Assembly (NCBI RefSeq): GCF_027484365.1
Contig: NZ_JAIXTC010000018.1
Span: forward strand, 80,286-144,285
Source of the DNA: Brevundimonas sp.
GTDB taxonomy: Bacteria; Pseudomonadota; Alphaproteobacteria; Caulobacterales; Caulobacteraceae
DNA length: 64,000 bases
Direction of reading: 5' to 3'
In this document: positions 28,300 to 40,240 of the stretch, in pieces
Position numbering within the stretch: the stretch's first letter is position 1
How the letters are laid out: each line of letters begins with the position of its first letter
Translations under genes and position numbers: made by a program
Notes under the pieces: model-generated
Databases searched by the model: none
What the model saw: only the letters and a program-made list of their open reading frames with translations
Told to the model about the DNA's origin: nothing

Positions 28300-29783
28300 A
28301 CGAACTCTACACGACGCCGCGCGAGGCCGCGGTGATCGACATCGGCTCCAACTCCGTCCGCATGGTGCTGTACCGGCTGGAAGGCCGCGCCATCTGGACC
28401 GTGTTCAACGAGAAAGTGCTGGCCGGGCTGGGCCGCGACCTGCCCGAAACCGGCAGGCTCTCGCCGTCGGGGGTGGAGATGGCGATGACGGCGCTTCGTC
28501 GTTTCGCCGCCGTGCTGGAAGGCGTTCGGCCGGCCTATACCTTCGTCGCCGCCACCGCCGCCGTGCGCGAAGCCCGGGACGGTCCGGATTTCTGCGACCG
28601 GGTCGCCGCCACCACGGGCCTGCGCGTCCGCGTCCTGACCGGGGAAGAAGAGGCCGGATACGCCGCGCTCGGCGTGCTGGCCGGAGAGCCGCGCTCGACA
28701 GGGGTCGCCGCCGACATGGGCGGATCGAGCCTGGAACTGATCAAGGTCGGGGAAAGGACGGCGTCATCCGGCATTACCCTGCCCCTCGGGCCGTTCAGCC
28801 TGGCGGACCCTTCGGGATTCGACGCGGGACGGTTGCGCGCCGCGATCGCAGACCGCCTGAAGCCGGCCGCCAGACGGTTCTCCGCCAGTGAACTGCACGC
28901 GGTCGGAGGCGGCTGGCGCTCGCTGGCCCAGCTGCACATGGCGATGAGCGACTATCCGCTGCACATCGTCCACCAGTACGCCATGAGCGCCGACGACGCC
29001 CGTGCGGTGTCCCGTCTGGTGGCGCAGCAGTCGAGGACATCCCTCGACCGTCTGCCCGGAGTGTCCAAACGCCGCGCGGAAACCCTGCCCTACGCCGCCC
29101 TCGTGCTCGAGGGGCTGATCGACACCCTCGGGCTGAAGACCATCACCTTCTCCGCCTGGGGTCTGCGCGAGGGCCTGCTCTACGAGACCCTCGACCGGGA
29201 TGAGCCGCCTGCGGATCCGCTGATCGCCGGGGCCGCCGCCCTGGGCGCGCGTCAGGGCATCTCGCCGTCCATGCCCGCCGCCCTGAACGCCTGGCTGGGC
29301 GATGTCATCGCCGCCCTGCCCGAGGCCTTCGGCCGCGAACGCGATGCGGTTCTCGCCGCCGCCGCCTGCCGGCTGGCCGACCTGGGCGCACGGTTGCATC
29401 CCGATCACCGGCTGGAACTGGTGTTCGACCAGGTTCTGCGCGCGCCGATCCCCGGCCAGACCCATGCCGAGCGGGTCTGGCTCGCGTGCGCACTGAACGG
29501 CCGCTACGGTGGCGGGTCGTCCACCCCTGCCCCCGCGGTCGTCGACCGGCTGCTGAGCGATGACGCCCGCGCCAGCGCCCGGGCCCTGGGTCTGGCCATG
29601 CGGCTGGGCTGCGACCTGTCGGGGCGTTCGCCGCAGTTGCTGGCGAACGCCTCGGTCACGGTGACGAACGGCATCCTGAAGCTGACGGCTTCGCCGGGCT
29701 ATGCCGACGTCCTGCTGGGCGAGCAGACGCGGCGCCGCGCCAAGGCCCTGGCCGAGGCGATGGGACTGAAGCTGGAAATCTGA
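28296..29783 (+). CDS. ppx: Ppx/GppA exopolyphosphatase
   Basis: [39 protein letters not shown] overlaps the ppk1 stop. Confidence 0.93.
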   Translation: MNELYTTPREAAVIDIGSNSVRMVLYRLEGRAIWTVFNEKVLAGLGRDLPETGRLSPSGVEMAMTALRRFAAVLEGVRPAYTFVAATAAVREARDGPDFCDRVAATTGLRVRVLTGEEEAGYAALGVLAGEPRSTGVAADMGGSSLELIKVGERTASSGITLPLGPFSLADPSGFDAGRLRAAIADRLKPAARRFSASELHAVGGGWRSLAQLHMAMSDYPLHIVHQYAMSADDARAVSRLVAQQSRTSLDRLPGVSKRRAETLPYAALVLEGLIDTLGLKTITFSAWGLREGLLYETLDRDEPPADPLIAGAAALGARQGISPSMPAALNAWLGDVIAALPEAFGRERDAVLAAAACRLADLGARLHPDHRLELVFDQVLRAPIPGQTHAERVWLACALNGRYGGGSSTPAPAVVDRLLSDDARASARALGLAMRLGCDLSGRSPQLLANASVTVTNGILKLTASPGYADVLLGEQTRRRAKALAEAMGLKLEI

Positions 29784-29823
29784 CACGACCGCGCCCATCG
29801 TGCGCCGTCACAGGGAGGCGACC

Positions 29824-30189
29824 ATGGCTGTCACCGGCATCGGCGGGTTCTTTTTCCGCTCAAGCGACCCCAAGGCCCTGGCGGCCTGGTATCTCGACCA
29901 TCTCGGCGTGGGCGCGCCCGAGGGGGTCTTTCTCTGGAATCAGCAGGCCGGGCCGACGGTCTTCTCGCCGTTCAGGGCGGACACCGACTATTTCGCGGCC
30001 GACAAGTCGTGGATGCTGAACCTGCGGGTCGACGATCTGGACGGGCTCAAGGCCAGCCTCGCCGCCGCCGGGATCGAGGTCATCACCAAACCGGAATGGG
30101 ACGCCAGCCCCGAGGTGGGCCGGTTCGCCCGCATCCACGACCCCGAGGGCAATCCGATCGAGCTGTGGCAGCCGGCGACGCCGGCCTGA
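29824..30189 (+). CDS. VOC/glyoxalase family protein
   Basis: VTGIGGFFFR...LAAWY, MLNLRVDDL, GRFA.I.DPEGNPIELW. Confidence 0.9.
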   Translation: MAVTGIGGFFFRSSDPKALAAWYLDHLGVGAPEGVFLWNQQAGPTVFSPFRADTDYFAADKSWMLNLRVDDLDGLKASLAAAGIEVITKPEWDASPEVGRFARIHDPEGNPIELWQPATPA

Positions 30190-30192
30190 GGC

Positions 30193-31341
30193 CTACTCGA
30201 TCTCGACGACCTCGACGCGGGCGCCGTTGAGGACAAGTGCGAGCTCGCCGCGCTTGAGCTTCAGGGCGTCCTCGCCGAACAGCTGCCGACGCCAGCCGGT
30301 CAGGGCCTCGACCGGGGCGTTGTCGTCGATGGCGATTCGCTCAAGGTCGGCGACGTTGGCGATCAGCTTGGAGGCAACGCCCGCATTGTCGCTCTTGGCC
30401 TTGAGCAGCACCTTCAGCAGCTCGACCACCGACGGCGGGGCCGGCTGGTTGTGGGCCGGACGGTCCATCTTGGGCGCATGCGCCTCCGGATCGGCCATGA
30501 CCCGCTTCAGTTCCTCGGTCAGTTCGAGGCCGAGGCGCGATCCGCCGAACCCCTTGGGCACGGACCGCAGGCGGTTGAAGGCCTCGACGTCCATCGGGGC
30601 CTGGGTCGCGATCTCGTCGATCGCCTCATCTTTCAGGATTCGGCCGCGCGGCTGGTCGCGTTCCTGGGCCGCCTTCTCGCGCCACACCGCCGTCGCCTTG
30701 AAGGCAGCGAGGTATTTCGCGTTGTACTTCTTGGGCTTCAGCCGCTTCCACGCTTTCTCCGGATCGGTGTCGTAGAGGGCCGGATCGACCAGGTCCTCCA
30801 TCTCCTGGGTGACCCAGTCCAGACGGCCTTCCTTTTTCAGCCGATCGCGCAGCTTCGGATAGAGGGCCGCCAGATGGGTCACGTCGCCGATGGCATAGGT
30901 CAGCTGGGCGTCCGAGAGGGGGCGGCGCGACCAGTCGGTGAACCGGCTGCCCTTGTCCAGGTCGATGCGCAGCATCTGGCGGACCAGCCCGTCATAGGCG
31001 ACCTGATCGCCGAATCCGGCCGCCATCGCAGCGACCTGGGTATCGAACATCGGCCTGGGCATGGCGCCCAGTTTGACGAAGATCTCCGTGTCCTGACGCG
31101 CGGCGTGGAAGACCTTCACGATCTTCGGATCGCGCAGGATGTCCAGGAACGGCTCAAGATCCAGCCCCTCGGCCTGGGGATCGATGATGGCCTCGTGCTC
31201 GGGCGTGGCGGCCTGGATCAGGCACAGCTTGGGCCAGTAAGTGGTCTCGCGCATGAACTCGGTGTCCACGGCGATGAACGGGGCGTCGGCGACAGCGGCG
31301 CAGAACGCGGCCAGAGCGTCATTTGTGGTGATCGGCGTCAT
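30193..31341 (-). CDS. rnd: Ribonuclease D
   Basis: AVDTEFMRE.TYWP.LCLIQ, KVFHAARQD, FDTQVAA, TDWSRRPL, HRDC domain. ATG 31341. Confidence 0.96.
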   Translation of the reverse strand: MTPITTNDALAAFCAAVADAPFIAVDTEFMRETTYWPKLCLIQAATPEHEAIIDPQAEGLDLEPFLDILRDPKIVKVFHAARQDTEIFVKLGAMPRPMFDTQVAAMAAGFGDQVAYDGLVRQMLRIDLDKGSRFTDWSRRPLSDAQLTYAIGDVTHLAALYPKLRDRLKKEGRLDWVTQEMEDLVDPALYDTDPEKAWKRLKPKKYNAKYLAAFKATAVWREKAAQERDQPRGRILKDEAIDEIATQAPMDVEAFNRLRSVPKGFGGSRLGLELTEELKRVMADPEAHAPKMDRPAHNQPAPPSVVELLKVLLKAKSDNAGVASKLIANVADLERIAIDDNAPVEALTGWRRQLFGEDALKLKRGELALVLNGARVEVVEIE

Positions 31342-31421
31342 TGAAATGCTATAGCCCCCCGCGACGCGGTCGTGGCAAGAGCCGCGACCATATTTCCGCA
31401 CCGATTCCAGGCCCGTGAGCG

Positions 31422-32453
<1,032 letters not shown>

Positions 32454-32462
32454 GGGATTGCG

Positions 32463-32613
32463 TCCTTCTCCCCTCGGGGGAGAAGGTGGCTCGCGAAGCG
32501 AGACGGATGAGGGGGCGCCTGAAGCGGACTCCATGTCGAACTGGGGATCTGGTGAACCAGTCCCCTCATCCGAGCGGCTCAGCCGCCCACCTTCTCCCCC
32601 AAGGGGAGAAGGA
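32463..32613. repeat. Palindromic intergenic element (CIR/RIME/REP-like, MITE-like architecture)
   Basis: Two identical 10-bp-stem hairpins CCTTCTCCCC-N3-GGGGAGAAGG (32464-32486, 32590-32612), inner inverted repeat CGGATGAGGGG/CCCCTCATCCG (32504-32514, 32562-32572), two small flanking hairpins. Confidence 0.9.
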
Positions 32614-32632
32614 TACATTGTTGGAGTCGTCC

Positions 32633-34009
32633 ATGCGCCTGATCGCCCTCGCCGCCCTGCTGGCCCTCCCGGCGCTGGCTCATGCCCAGACCCCGGCCGC
32701 CGTCGAACAGCCGCTGCTGCACGCCGTTGTGTCCCAGGTCGAGGCCGACCGGATGCGCGCCGACATCACCGCCCTGGTCGGGTTCGGCACGCGCCACACG
32801 ATGTCGGACACCGTTTCCGAGACGCGCGGCATCGGCACCGCCCGCCGCTGGACCGAGCGGGAGTTCCGCCGCATCTCGGCCGGGTGCGGGACCTGTCTCG
32901 AGATCGCCCTGCCCGCCGACACCGTGACCGGCGCCCGCGTCCCGACCCCGACCGAGGTCGTCAATGTGGTCGCCATCCAGCGCGGAAGCAGCGATCCGAA
33001 CCGCGTCATCATCATCTCGGGCCACATCGACAGCCGCGTCACCGACGTGATGAATTTCACTGCCGACGCGCCGGGCGCCAACGACGACGCCTCGGGCGTG
33101 GCCGCCGTGCTGGAAGCCGCCCGGGTTCTGTCGAAGCACCAATTCGACGCGACCCTGGTCTATGCCGTCCTGTCGGGAGAGGAGCAGGGCCTGCTGGGCG
33201 GCAAGATCCTGGCCGACTATGCGAAGGCCCAGGGCTGGGTGGTCGAGGCCAATCTGAACAACGACATCGTCGGCAACTCCGAAGGCCAGTCGGGCGTCCG
33301 CGACACGACCCGGGTCCGGGTCTTCTCCGAAGGCACCAAGACGGTCGAGACCGCGCTGCAGGCCGAGCGTCGGCGCTACAACGGCGGCGAGGTCGACTCG
33401 TCATCGCGCAACCTGGCCCGCTACGTCGACGGCATCGCCGACCGCTATCTGACCAATTTCGACGTCGACATGATCTATCGCACCGACCGGTTCGGCCGCG
33501 GTGGCGACCAGGTCGAGATGCTGCGTGCGGGCTTCCCCGCCGTCCGCATTTCCGAGGGGGCCGAGAACTACGACCGCCAGCACCAGGACCTGCGCACCGA
33601 GAACGGGGTCGAATACGGCGACACGATCGAGGGCGTCGACTTCGACTATCTGGCCCAGGTCGCGCGGCTGAACATCGCCACCATGGCGGCGCTCGCCTCC
33701 GCCCCCATGGTCCCCGCCGATGTGACCATCGAGGGCGCGGTCAAGCCCGACACCACCCTGCGCTGGTCCGCCGTGCCCGGTGCGGCCGGCTATCGCGTCT
33801 GGTGGCGTTCGACGACGGCCCCGCAATGGACCTTCAACCGCTCGGCCGGGACGGCGACGTCGCTGGTCCTGACCGGCGTGCCCATCGACGACTATTTCTT
33901 CGGCGTCTCGGCCATCTCGGACGACGGCTATGAAAGCCCGGTCGTCTATCCCGGCCCGGCCGGCGCCTTCGTCTCGGTCGGCGACCCGCCGGCGCCCGCC
34001 GCCCGATGA
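32633..34009 (+). CDS. Exported M28 family aminopeptidase with C-terminal Fn3-like domain
   Basis: Signal peptide, SGHIDSR, PGANDDASG, GEEQGL.G, NNDIVG, HQD. ATG 32633; the ORF-track extension upstream is the repeat. Confidence 0.9.
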   Translation: MRLIALAALLALPALAHAQTPAAVEQPLLHAVVSQVEADRMRADITALVGFGTRHTMSDTVSETRGIGTARRWTEREFRRISAGCGTCLEIALPADTVTGARVPTPTEVVNVVAIQRGSSDPNRVIIISGHIDSRVTDVMNFTADAPGANDDASGVAAVLEAARVLSKHQFDATLVYAVLSGEEQGLLGGKILADYAKAQGWVVEANLNNDIVGNSEGQSGVRDTTRVRVFSEGTKTVETALQAERRRYNGGEVDSSSRNLARYVDGIADRYLTNFDVDMIYRTDRFGRGGDQVEMLRAGFPAVRISEGAENYDRQHQDLRTENGVEYGDTIEGVDFDYLAQVARLNIATMAALASAPMVPADVTIEGAVKPDTTLRWSAVPGAAGYRVWWRSTTAPQWTFNRSAGTATSLVLTGVPIDDYFFGVSAISDDGYESPVVYPGPAGAFVSVGDPPAPAAR

Positions 34010-34608
34010 GCCTGCCCGGGGGCCGCGTGCGCGTGGCGGTCATGATCTCCGGGGCCGGATCCAACATGGCCGCGCTGATCGACGCGGGACAGGCGGCCGA
34101 TTCGGCGTTCGAGGTTGCGCTCGTCGTGTCCAACGATCCGGACGCCGGAGGACTGGCGATCGCCGCCGCCAAGGGCATCCCGACCCTCGCCGTCGATCAC
34201 CGCCCTTTCGGCAAGGACCGGCAGGCCCACGAAGCCGCCCTGCAGGCCGGGCTCGAAGCGCGAGGGATCGAGGTCATCGCCCTCGCCGGCTATATGCGTC
34301 TGCTGACGCCCTTCCTGGTGCAACGATGGGAGGGCCGGATGCTCAACATCCATCCCAGTCTGCTGCCGAGATACCCCGGGCTCGACACCCATGCCCGGGC
34401 CCTGGCCGCCGGTGACGTCGAGGCGGGCTGCACGGTCCATCTGGTGACCGAAGGCCTCGACGAGGGCCCCATCCTCGACCGGCAGGCCGTCCCGATACTG
34501 CCGGGCGACACGCCCGCGACCCTCGCCCAGCGGGTCCTCACGGCCGAACACGCCCTCTACCCCCGCGCCCTGGCCGACTTCTGCCGGGCGCGGATTATAA
34601 CTTCGTAA
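34006..34608 (+). CDS. purN: Phosphoribosylglycinamide formyltransferase
   Basis: ISG.GSNM.AL, LAGYMRLL, NIHPSLLP.Y.GL, GCTVH.V...LD.GPI. Confidence 0.97.
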   Translation: MSLPGGRVRVAVMISGAGSNMAALIDAGQAADSAFEVALVVSNDPDAGGLAIAAAKGIPTLAVDHRPFGKDRQAHEAALQAGLEARGIEVIALAGYMRLLTPFLVQRWEGRMLNIHPSLLPRYPGLDTHARALAAGDVEAGCTVHLVTEGLDEGPILDRQAVPILPGDTPATLAQRVLTAEHALYPRALADFCRARIITS

Positions 34609-34679
34609 TCATCGCGCTTTGCCCGCGACAACCGGGCGAGCCGGAGTCAGTGTCCGCGGAATTCAGACAGGGATCCTTC

Positions 34680-36740
34680 ATGTCCAGACTTCGCCTCATG
34701 GCCTGCGCCGCCGGCGCCGCCCTCATGCTCGCCTCGCCGGTTCTGGCCCAGACCGCGCCCCTCCCGGTCGAGATCCCGTCCGAGGATCAGGCCGAGATCG
34801 GCGTCTTCGGCTTCGACCTGAACGGCATGGACACCTCGATCCGCCCCGGTCAGGACTTCAACCGCTACGCCAGCGGGACCTATCTGGCCAACACGCCCAT
34901 CCCCGCCGACAAGGCCTCCTACGGCATGTTCACCGTGTTGCGGGACCGTTCCGACGCCAACCTGCGCACCATCATCGATGAGAGCGCGGCCAACCCGGGC
35001 GCCAGCGCCGACGCCGCGCGCATCGGCTCGATGTATTCCAGCTTCCTCGATGAGGCCGCGATCAACGCCCTGGGCGCCTCGCCGCTGCAGGCCGATCTGG
35101 CCGAGGTCCGGGCCGCCGACACCCGCGAGAAGCTGGCGACCCTGATGGGGCGGACCCAGTACGGCTTCGGCTCCAGCCTCTTCGGCGTCCAGACCTTCGA
35201 GGATCTGCGCACCCCGGATCGCACCTCGGCCTATGTGGTCCAGGGCGGCATCGGCATGCCCGATCGCGACTACTATCTGGAAGACCGGTTTGCGGCCCAG
35301 AAGGCCGCCTACCGCATCTATGTCGAGCAGGCCCTGACCCTGGCCGGCTGGCCCGAGCCGGCGGCCGCCGCCGACGCCATCCTCGCCTTCGAGACCGCGA
35401 TCGCCCAGGAACACTGGACCCAGGTCGAAAACCGCCAGATCGACAAGATCTACAATCCGATGACCGTGGCCGAACTGGCCACGGCCGCGCCCGGCTTCGA
35501 CTGGGCCGCCTGGGCGACCGCCGCGGGCCTCGGCACGGACCGCACCCTGATCGCGGCCAACAACACCGCCTTCCCCGCTATGGCCCGCATCTTCGCCGAG
35601 ACTCCGATCTCGACCCTGCAGTCATGGGAAGCCTTCCACGTCATCGACCAGGCCGCCCCCTATCTGTCGCAGCCCTTCGTCGAGGCCCGCTTCGAATTCT
35701 TCGGCAAGACCCTGAGCGGCCAGCAGGAGATCCAGCCCCGCTGGAAGCGCGGCGTCACCCTGGTCGAGGGATCGTTGGGCGAGTCTCTGGGTCGCGAATA
35801 TGTCGCCCGTCACTTCCCGGCCGAGTCCAAGGCCCAGATGGAGGACCTGGTCGCCAACCTGCGCGCCGCCATGACCGTCCGGATCCAGAACCTCGACTGG
35901 ATGAGCCCGGAGACCAAGGAGCAGGCCCTCTACAAGATGAGCCGTTTCGGGGTGAAGATCGGCTATCCTGACGAATGGCGCTCCTATGACGGGCTGAACC
36001 TCGTGGCCGGCGATCTGTACGGCAACGTCGAACGCTCGTCGGCCTTCGAGTGGGAGTTCGCCCTGTCCAAGCTGGACCGCCCGGTGAACCCGCTGGAATG
36101 GGGCATGACGCCCCAGACGGTGAACGCCTACTACAACCCGCCGCGCAACGAGATCGTCTTCCCGGCCGCCATCCTGCAGGCGCCCTTCTTCGATCCGCGC
36201 GCCGATCCGGCGGTCAACTACGGCGGCATCGGCGCCGTCATCGGCCACGAGATCACCCACGGCTTCGACGACCAGGGCCGCAAGACCGACGGCGACGGCG
36301 TTCTGCGGGACTGGTGGACCGCCGAGGACGCCGCCAAGTTCGAGGAGCGGGCCGCGGTCCTCGGCGCCCAGTATTCGGCCCTGTCGCCGGTGGAAGGCGC
36401 CAACGTCAACGGCGACCTGACCATGGGCGAGAACATCGCCGACCTCGGCGGCCTGCTGATGGCGCTGGACGCCTATCACATGTCGCTGAACGGCCAGCCG
36501 GCCCCGGTGATCAACGGCCTCACCGGCGACCAGCGCGTCTTCCTCGGCTGGGCCCAGGTGTGGCGGACCAACAGCCGCGACGCCTATTTGCGCCAGCAGG
36601 TCACGACGGACCCGCACGCCCCGGCCATGTACCGCGCCGCCGTTCCGCCCCGGAACATCGACGCCTGGTACGCCGCCTTCGGCGTGGAGCCCGGCGACGA
36701 ACAGTATCTGGCCCCCGAAGCCCGGGCCCGGATCTGGTAG
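34680..36740 (+). CDS. Exported M13 family metallopeptidase (neprilysin/PepO-like)
   Basis: Signal peptide, VNAYY, NYGGIG.VIGHEITHGFD, GENIAD, HAP. ATG 34680. Confidence 0.95.
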   Translation: MSRLRLMACAAGAALMLASPVLAQTAPLPVEIPSEDQAEIGVFGFDLNGMDTSIRPGQDFNRYASGTYLANTPIPADKASYGMFTVLRDRSDANLRTIIDESAANPGASADAARIGSMYSSFLDEAAINALGASPLQADLAEVRAADTREKLATLMGRTQYGFGSSLFGVQTFEDLRTPDRTSAYVVQGGIGMPDRDYYLEDRFAAQKAAYRIYVEQALTLAGWPEPAAAADAILAFETAIAQEHWTQVENRQIDKIYNPMTVAELATAAPGFDWAAWATAAGLGTDRTLIAANNTAFPAMARIFAETPISTLQSWEAFHVIDQAAPYLSQPFVEARFEFFGKTLSGQQEIQPRWKRGVTLVEGSLGESLGREYVARHFPAESKAQMEDLVANLRAAMTVRIQNLDWMSPETKEQALYKMSRFGVKIGYPDEWRSYDGLNLVAGDLYGNVERSSAFEWEFALSKLDRPVNPLEWGMTPQTVNAYYNPPRNEIVFPAAILQAPFFDPRADPAVNYGGIGAVIGHEITHGFDDQGRKTDGDGVLRDWWTAEDAAKFEERAAVLGAQYSALSPVEGANVNGDLTMGENIADLGGLLMALDAYHMSLNGQPAPVINGLTGDQRVFLGWAQVWRTNSRDAYLRQQVTTDPHAPAMYRAAVPPRNIDAWYAAFGVEPGDEQYLAPEARARIW

Positions 36741-36745
36741 GTACG

Positions 36746-36783
36746 AAAAAGGCCCCGGAGCGATCCGGGGCCTTTCTTCTTTG
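36746..36783. terminator. Bidirectional intrinsic terminator between the M13 peptidase gene and ndk
   Basis: AAAGGCCCCGGA-GCGA-TCCGGGGCCTTT (12-bp stem, GNRA loop) with A-tract before and T-rich tract after. Confidence 0.88.
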
Positions 36784-36824
36784 CGGCGCTACCGCGGACG
36801 ACGCGGTCGCGCGCGTCCTGAGCG

Positions 36825-37244
36825 TTAGCCGACGATGTCGGCGTCGGTGAAGAACTGGGCGATCTCGATCGCGGCGTTCTCTTCGGAGTCCGAACCGTGG
36901 ACCGAGTTCTCGCCGATCGACAGGGCGAACAGCTTGCGGATCGTGCCGTCAGCGGCCTGTTCCGGGTTCGTGGCGCCCATGACTTCGCGGTATTTGGCGA
37001 CGGCGCCTTCGGCTTCCAGCACCTGGACGACGACCGGCTCGGCGATCATCTGGCCGACCAGTTCGCCGTAGAAGGGACGCTCGGCGTGGACTTCGTAGAA
37101 TTTCTTCGCCTGGGCCTCGGTCAGCTTGATGCGGCGCTGGGCCACGATACGAAGGCCGGCGCCTTCGATCACGGCGTTGATGGCGCCGGTCAGGTTGCGG
37201 CGCGTGGCGTCGGGCTTGATGATCGAGAAGGTACGGTCGGTCAT
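36825..37244 (-). CDS. ndk: Nucleoside diphosphate kinase
   Basis: [29 protein letters not shown]. Confidence 0.98.
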   Translation of the reverse strand: MTDRTFSIIKPDATRRNLTGAINAVIEGAGLRIVAQRRIKLTEAQAKKFYEVHAERPFYGELVGQMIAEPVVVQVLEAEGAVAKYREVMGATNPEQAADGTIRKLFALSIGENSVHGSDSEENAAIEIAQFFTDADIVG

Positions 37245-37393
37245 GAGGAGACTTCTTGTTGGGAGTTTGAAGGTCGCGGGCTTATAGACGCCGCCTCCCC
37301 GGTTTCCAACATGATGTTGGCTCCTATCGCTCTCCGCGCGGCGACAAGCTGCTTGAGGAGCGGATTTTCGCCCTTCGGACGTTTGTCTTCGCC

Positions 37394-39307
37394 ATGCTCC
37401 AGATCACCAACCTGACGTTCAACGCCTGGGGTCGCCAGTTTCTGGACGACGCCTCGGTCAGCCTGCCGCCCGGCTCCAAGGTCGGGCTTGTCGGTCGCAA
37501 CGGCATCGGCAAATCGACCCTGTTCAAGATCATCCTCGGCGAGCTGGCCGGCAACGGCGACGAAGTGTCCCTGCCGAAGACGGCCCGCATCGGCTCGGTC
37601 GATCAGGAGCACCCGGCCACCCCCGTCAGCGTGGTCGAGACGATTCTGGAGGCCGACACCGAACGCCACGACCTGCTGGGCCGTCTTGAGACCGCAGAGC
37701 CCGAGGAGATGGGCGAGATCTGGTCGCGCCTGATCGAAATCGACGCCGACGGCGCCCCCGCCCGCGCCGCCGAAATTCTGGCCGGTCTCGGCTTCGACCA
37801 CGAGAACCAGCAGCGACCGATGTCGGAGTTCTCGGGCGGCTGGCGCATGCGGGTGGCCCTGGCCGCCGCCCTGTTCGCCCAGCCCGACATGCTGCTGCTC
37901 GACGAACCGACCAACTACCTCGACCTGGAAGGCGCTCTCTGGCTCGAGGCGCGGCTCAAGAAATACCCGGCGACGGCCCTGATCATCTCCCACGACCGGG
38001 AGATGCTGAACGAGGTCTGCACCCACATCCTGCACCTCGCGAACCGCAAGCTGGAAATCTACACCGGCAACTACGACCAGTTCGAAAAGGCGCGGGCCGA
38101 GAAGGCCCGCCTGCAATTGTCGGCCAAGGCCAAGCAGGACGCGGAGCGCGCCCACCTCCAGTCCTTCGTCGACAGGTTCAAGGCCAAGGCCTCCAAGGCC
38201 GCCCAGGCCCAGTCGCGCATGAAGCGTCTGGAGAAGATGCAGCCGGTCGCCACCACGATCGAGGAACGGGTCGCCCCCTTCACCCTGCCCTCGCCGCCGC
38301 GTCCCCTGGCGCCGCCGCTGATCCGGCTGGAGCGCGCCAATGTCGGCTATGAGCCGGGCCGGCCGATCCTGCGCAATCTGAACCTGCGGATGGACCTGGA
38401 CGACCGTATCGGCCTGCTGGGCGTCAACGGCGCGGGCAAGTCGACCTTCGCCAAGATGATCGCGGGCGCCCTGAACGTCTTCGAGGGCGTGCTGCATCGC
38501 GACAAGAAGATGCGGGTGGGCTGGTTCCACCAGCACCAGATCGAGGCGATGGACCCGACCGACACGCCGCTGGAGATCATCCGTCGCGCCATGCCGGATG
38601 CGCCCGAAAGCGCGCGCCGCTCCAAACTGGCCCAGTTCGGCCTGAACTACGAGAAGCAGGAAACCACGGTCGACAGCCTGTCCGGCGGCGAGCGCGCGCG
38701 CCTGCTGCTGAACATGGTGGCCATGGAGGCGCCCCACGTCCTGATCCTCGACGAACCGACCAACCACCTGGACATCGACAGCCGCCGGGCCCTGCTCGAC
38801 GCCCTGAACGACTACACGGGCGCGGTCATCCTGATCACCCACGACCGCTCGCTGATGGAGATGGTCGCCGACCGCCTGTGGCTGGCCGCCGACGGCACAG
38901 TGAAGCCCTTCGACGGCGATATGGACGACTACGCCCGGTTCGTCCTCGACCGCGCCAAACAGGCGGCGGTGAAGCCCACACAGGTGAAGAAGGAAGAGGC
39001 AGCGGTCGCCGCCGCGAACAACTCCGGCCCTCAAGCAGCGAGCGCCCGCGGCGCGAGCGATAGGGCCAACAAAAAGGGCGGGCCTTCGCCCTCCACGCTT
39101 CGCCATGCGGTCAAGAAGGCCGAGGAGCGCGTCACAGCCCTGACCGCCGAGATTTCCCGCATCGACGACGACCTGGCCAACGCCGCCGTCTCGAACCCGA
39201 GGGCGCTGGAAGGCCTGACCCGTGCGCGGGCGAAGTCCCAGTCCGATCTTGATGCCGCCGAAGCCGCCTGGATGGCCGCCGAGGAAGCGTTGGCCGAGAT
39301 CGCGTGA
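37394..39307 (+). CDS. ABC-F family ATPase (YheS-like)
   Basis: Two NBDs (GRNGIGKST / FSGGWRMR / LDEPTN and GVNGAGKST / LSGGE / LDEPTN), no TM domain, C-terminal coiled coil. Confidence 0.93.
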   Translation: MLQITNLTFNAWGRQFLDDASVSLPPGSKVGLVGRNGIGKSTLFKIILGELAGNGDEVSLPKTARIGSVDQEHPATPVSVVETILEADTERHDLLGRLETAEPEEMGEIWSRLIEIDADGAPARAAEILAGLGFDHENQQRPMSEFSGGWRMRVALAAALFAQPDMLLLDEPTNYLDLEGALWLEARLKKYPATALIISHDREMLNEVCTHILHLANRKLEIYTGNYDQFEKARAEKARLQLSAKAKQDAERAHLQSFVDRFKAKASKAAQAQSRMKRLEKMQPVATTIEERVAPFTLPSPPRPLAPPLIRLERANVGYEPGRPILRNLNLRMDLDDRIGLLGVNGAGKSTFAKMIAGALNVFEGVLHRDKKMRVGWFHQHQIEAMDPTDTPLEIIRRAMPDAPESARRSKLAQFGLNYEKQETTVDSLSGGERARLLLNMVAMEAPHVLILDEPTNHLDIDSRRALLDALNDYTGAVILITHDRSLMEMVADRLWLAADGTVKPFDGDMDDYARFVLDRAKQAAVKPTQVKKEEAAVAAANNSGPQAASARGASDRANKKGGPSPSTLRHAVKKAEERVTALTAEISRIDDDLANAAVSNPRALEGLTRARAKSQSDLDAAEAAWMAAEEALAEIA

Positions 39308-39354
39308 CAGCAGCCGAAGGGGTGCTAGTCTCCCGTCATACGGGAGACCGCCCC

Positions 39355-39732
39355 ATGCGCAACACGCTTTTCGTCCTTCTGGCCGCCCTTGCCTTGACGC
39401 CCTCGGGAGCCCGCGCCGAACCGGATCGAGCCTACACGATCGACTTTGTCCTGACGGAGGAAGGGTGTGAGCCGTTCTCGCCATCAGTCCGAATGCGTGT
39501 CGGCGGCATGGCCCAACTGACAGTCAATGGCGGATTTCGGATCGACGCAACCCTGACGTCGACCGATGACGGACGGCTTCTGCTGGAAACCGAGCTCTCC
39601 CGAGAGGACGGGCAACAACGGGTGGTCGAGTCGAGACCGAGCATCATTCTGTCTCGGGACAGCGAGGCCTCGATCCAGACGACGTCGGAAACCTGGGACA
39701 AGGTTCAGGTGTCGATCCGCCCCGCGACATGA
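39355..39732 (+). CDS. Small exported hypothetical protein
   Basis: ATG 39355 after GGGAGA, signal peptide (ARA-E), beta-rich mature part. Confidence 0.65.
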   Translation: MRNTLFVLLAALALTPSGARAEPDRAYTIDFVLTEEGCEPFSPSVRMRVGGMAQLTVNGGFRIDATLTSTDDGRLLLETELSREDGQQRVVESRPSIILSRDSEASIQTTSETWDKVQVSIRPAT

Positions 39733-39971
39733 AGCCGATCGTCTTCTCGAAGGAAGAGCAGCGCGACCTGATCCCGCGCATCAAGGCCTTCGTGCGCGAC
39801 GAACTGGATCAGGAGATCGGCGACCTGCAGGCATCGATGCTGATGGACTTTTTCGCCAACACCCTCGGCCACGCCGTCTACAATCGCGCGATCTACGACG
39901 CCCAGGCGTTGATCGCGGCCAAGGCCGACGAGATGGCGGAAGCCCTCTATGCGCTGGAGCAGAAGCCCTGA
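39729..39971 (+). CDS. DUF2164 family protein
   Basis: 80 aa, IK.F..ELD.EIG..A..L.DFF...LG..YN.A..DA pattern. Confidence 0.85.
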   Translation: MKPIVFSKEEQRDLIPRIKAFVRDELDQEIGDLQASMLMDFFANTLGHAVYNRAIYDAQALIAAKADEMAEALYALEQKP

Positions 39972-40179
39972 ATCCCGCGCCGTGCTCTCCGCCCTTCGCC
40001 AGGGTGCACGGAGGATAGAGCGGAGTCAGGGGCCGAATCAGGTCGCATAAATTTTTCTGTGCGACGCTGAAATCCCGATCTGGTCAATCACAGCGGGATC
40101 CGCACCGCGAATTGCGCGCCCTGGTTCGCCGCGGCCCTATAATTCCCAATCACGGTTCGCGGAGAGAGCGAACAGCGGC

Positions 40180-40240
40180 GATTTCGTCCGTTTCGTCCGT
40201 TTCGTCAGGGTGTTTTTCGTCCGGACAGACGGACGAAACC
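40180..40240. repeat. Dispersed ~60-bp element, copy B (triple 9-mer plus hairpin TTTCGTCC/GGACGAAA)
   Basis: Near-identical to 9611-9670; the flanks of the two copies are unrelated. Confidence 0.92.

Noticed and set aside
32486-32632. N-terminal extension of the M28 peptidase
   Set aside because: It is translation of the palindromic element; the signal peptide begins at ATG 32633 after a GGAG RBS.
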